Below are positions 62,845 through 64,000 of a DNA stretch of 64,000 nucleotides, piece after piece. The notes under the pieces were generated by a model. It saw only the letters and a list, made by a program, of their open reading frames with translations, was not told the origin of the DNA and made no database searches. Position 1 is the stretch's first letter; every line of letters starts with the position of its first letter. The stretch covers positions 434,001-498,000 of the forward strand of contig JAHDYR010000066.1 in NCBI GenBank assembly GCA_019828565.1, in the 5' to 3' direction. Position numbers and translations under genes: made by a program. Origin of the DNA: Carpediemonas membranifera BICM (Eukaryota > Protista > Fornicata).

Positions 62845-63486
62845 ATGCTTGAAATGACGGACGTGATCGAATGTTGCCGCGAGGAGCAGGACATGGAGAT
62901 TGAAGCCATGCAGCATATCTTCGAGTCGCAAATAGAGGTTGTGGACCAGAGTAATCTTATTCTCCGCCTTGTACCGGACTGTAACGACAAGATGTACCTA
63001 GAAGTCAAGGTATTCTACCCGCCCGAGTATCCCCTGAATGCACAGGCGGAGCTGAAGGTTTCTGAGCACAGGAGAGTATCCTCATCCTTCGTGGAACAGA
63101 TGGAGATGCTCATCGACGAGCGCGTTGTGGAGAACGCTGATTTCGGCTGCACCTACGTGTTTGCGATCCTCCAAGAGATTCTGGACGCGTTCTTCGAGCT
63201 CGCCACTGCATCGAATGGCTCTACGTATGACGAGATGATGCGGGAAGAGGCCATGAACGCTCAACTAGAGCAGAAGGAGGAGGTCGAGGAGAAGCCCGAA
63301 GAGGACATCTTCGAGCACGGAATGCTTCCTGGCGAGCCGGTGACTGACGCGATCTTCAAGCGCTGGTGGGACCAGTTTGTCAAGGAGCAGAACATAGATG
63401 TCTCTCTCGAGCCCGTGCACGCCGGGAAGACTGGCAAGCAGATATTTGAAGAGGGTGATGCGGAGGACGAGGATGAAGCCGCGTAG
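62845..63486 (+). CDS. RWD-domain protein, RWDD1/Gir2-like
   Basis: EEQDMEIEAMQHIF, YPPEYP, GEPVT...F..WW..F, TGKQIFE. Confidence 0.85.
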   Translation: MLEMTDVIECCREEQDMEIEAMQHIFESQIEVVDQSNLILRLVPDCNDKMYLEVKVFYPPEYPLNAQAELKVSEHRRVSSSFVEQMEMLIDERVVENADFGCTYVFAILQEILDAFFELATASNGSTYDEMMREEAMNAQLEQKEEVEEKPEEDIFEHGMLPGEPVTDAIFKRWWDQFVKEQNIDVSLEPVHAGKTGKQIFEEGDAEDEDEAA

Positions 63487-63565
63487 TGTACAGTAAACGG
63501 CCCGGTTATAAAATTTACTGGATCGCGCATTTTATGCGCAAGCATAGCTGCTTCGGACGAAACAA

Positions 63566-64000
63566 ATGTCTGGACCTGCAGAGATCATGACGGATACGTT
63601 CCAGGCACATACCCTGATGGATAAGGATGGGAAGCCCGTGGTACAGCATTTCGACAGAGGTTTGTTCAGGTTTTGCTGAATTCTCATATAGTCACTCGTT
63701 ATGAGCTTACATCTGTCCAGGGCTCCGATGTTATGCTTCTTGATGTGAATAGCGACCTTTATCCCCTCAAGAACGGCACCTCCTACCGAATCCGTGTTTC
63801 CAGCGTTCCCGACTTCAACACGAACAAGGACCTGGAGATCCTCCAGCAGGAGCAGAGCGCCATGGAGTACGCTATGGCTGGAACTATCTTCCGCTTCGAG
63901 ATTGCGGATGGCACTGAGGCTGACCGCGCCTGCACGGTCTATGCGTCCTTCGGCGGGCTCATCATGGAGCTCCGCAGCACCCTCAACACCCTTAACTCGT
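63566..64000 (+). CDS. RPB8: RNA polymerase I/II/III common subunit RPB8 (RPABC3), truncated by the window end; intron 63660-63691
   Basis: Spliced product reads HFDRVTRY...LLDVNSDLYPL...EYAMAGTIFRF...VYASFGGLIMEL. Confidence 0.92.

Overview
Gene-dense, GC-rich eukaryotic DNA from a flagellated protist with a compact genome. Intergenic gaps are mostly under 300 bp, introns are tiny (29-46 nt, GT-AG), and DRC4/GAS8, importins, APC8 and RPB8 are present. The overall character fits a metamonad such as a Carpediemonas-like organism, but that is inference. About 35 housekeeping genes were identified. Several are only recoverable by splicing tiny introns that the ORF track misses: an SRF-type MADS-box factor, RPB8, RPS5, XPF, glycogen synthase, a CDF zinc transporter, an SLC38-type transporter, an AKTIP-like E2 variant, and importin-beta, which appears to need a 2-nt microexon. 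The standout is a Fanzor1 locus (eukaryotic TnpB/Cas12-like RNA-guided nuclease) at about 1750-3623, split over several frames. Its RuvC-III Asp is replaced by Asn, and it is followed by a hairpin-rich candidate omegaRNA (3624-3747). A 34-bp imperfect direct repeat (1360-1393 and 3737-3770) brackets it, so the putative guide closely matches a site upstream of its own gene. Also notable: a membrane-anchored tandem bacterial-type solute-binding protein, a PTEN-WD40 fusion, and a candidate structured ncRNA at about 54610-54810.
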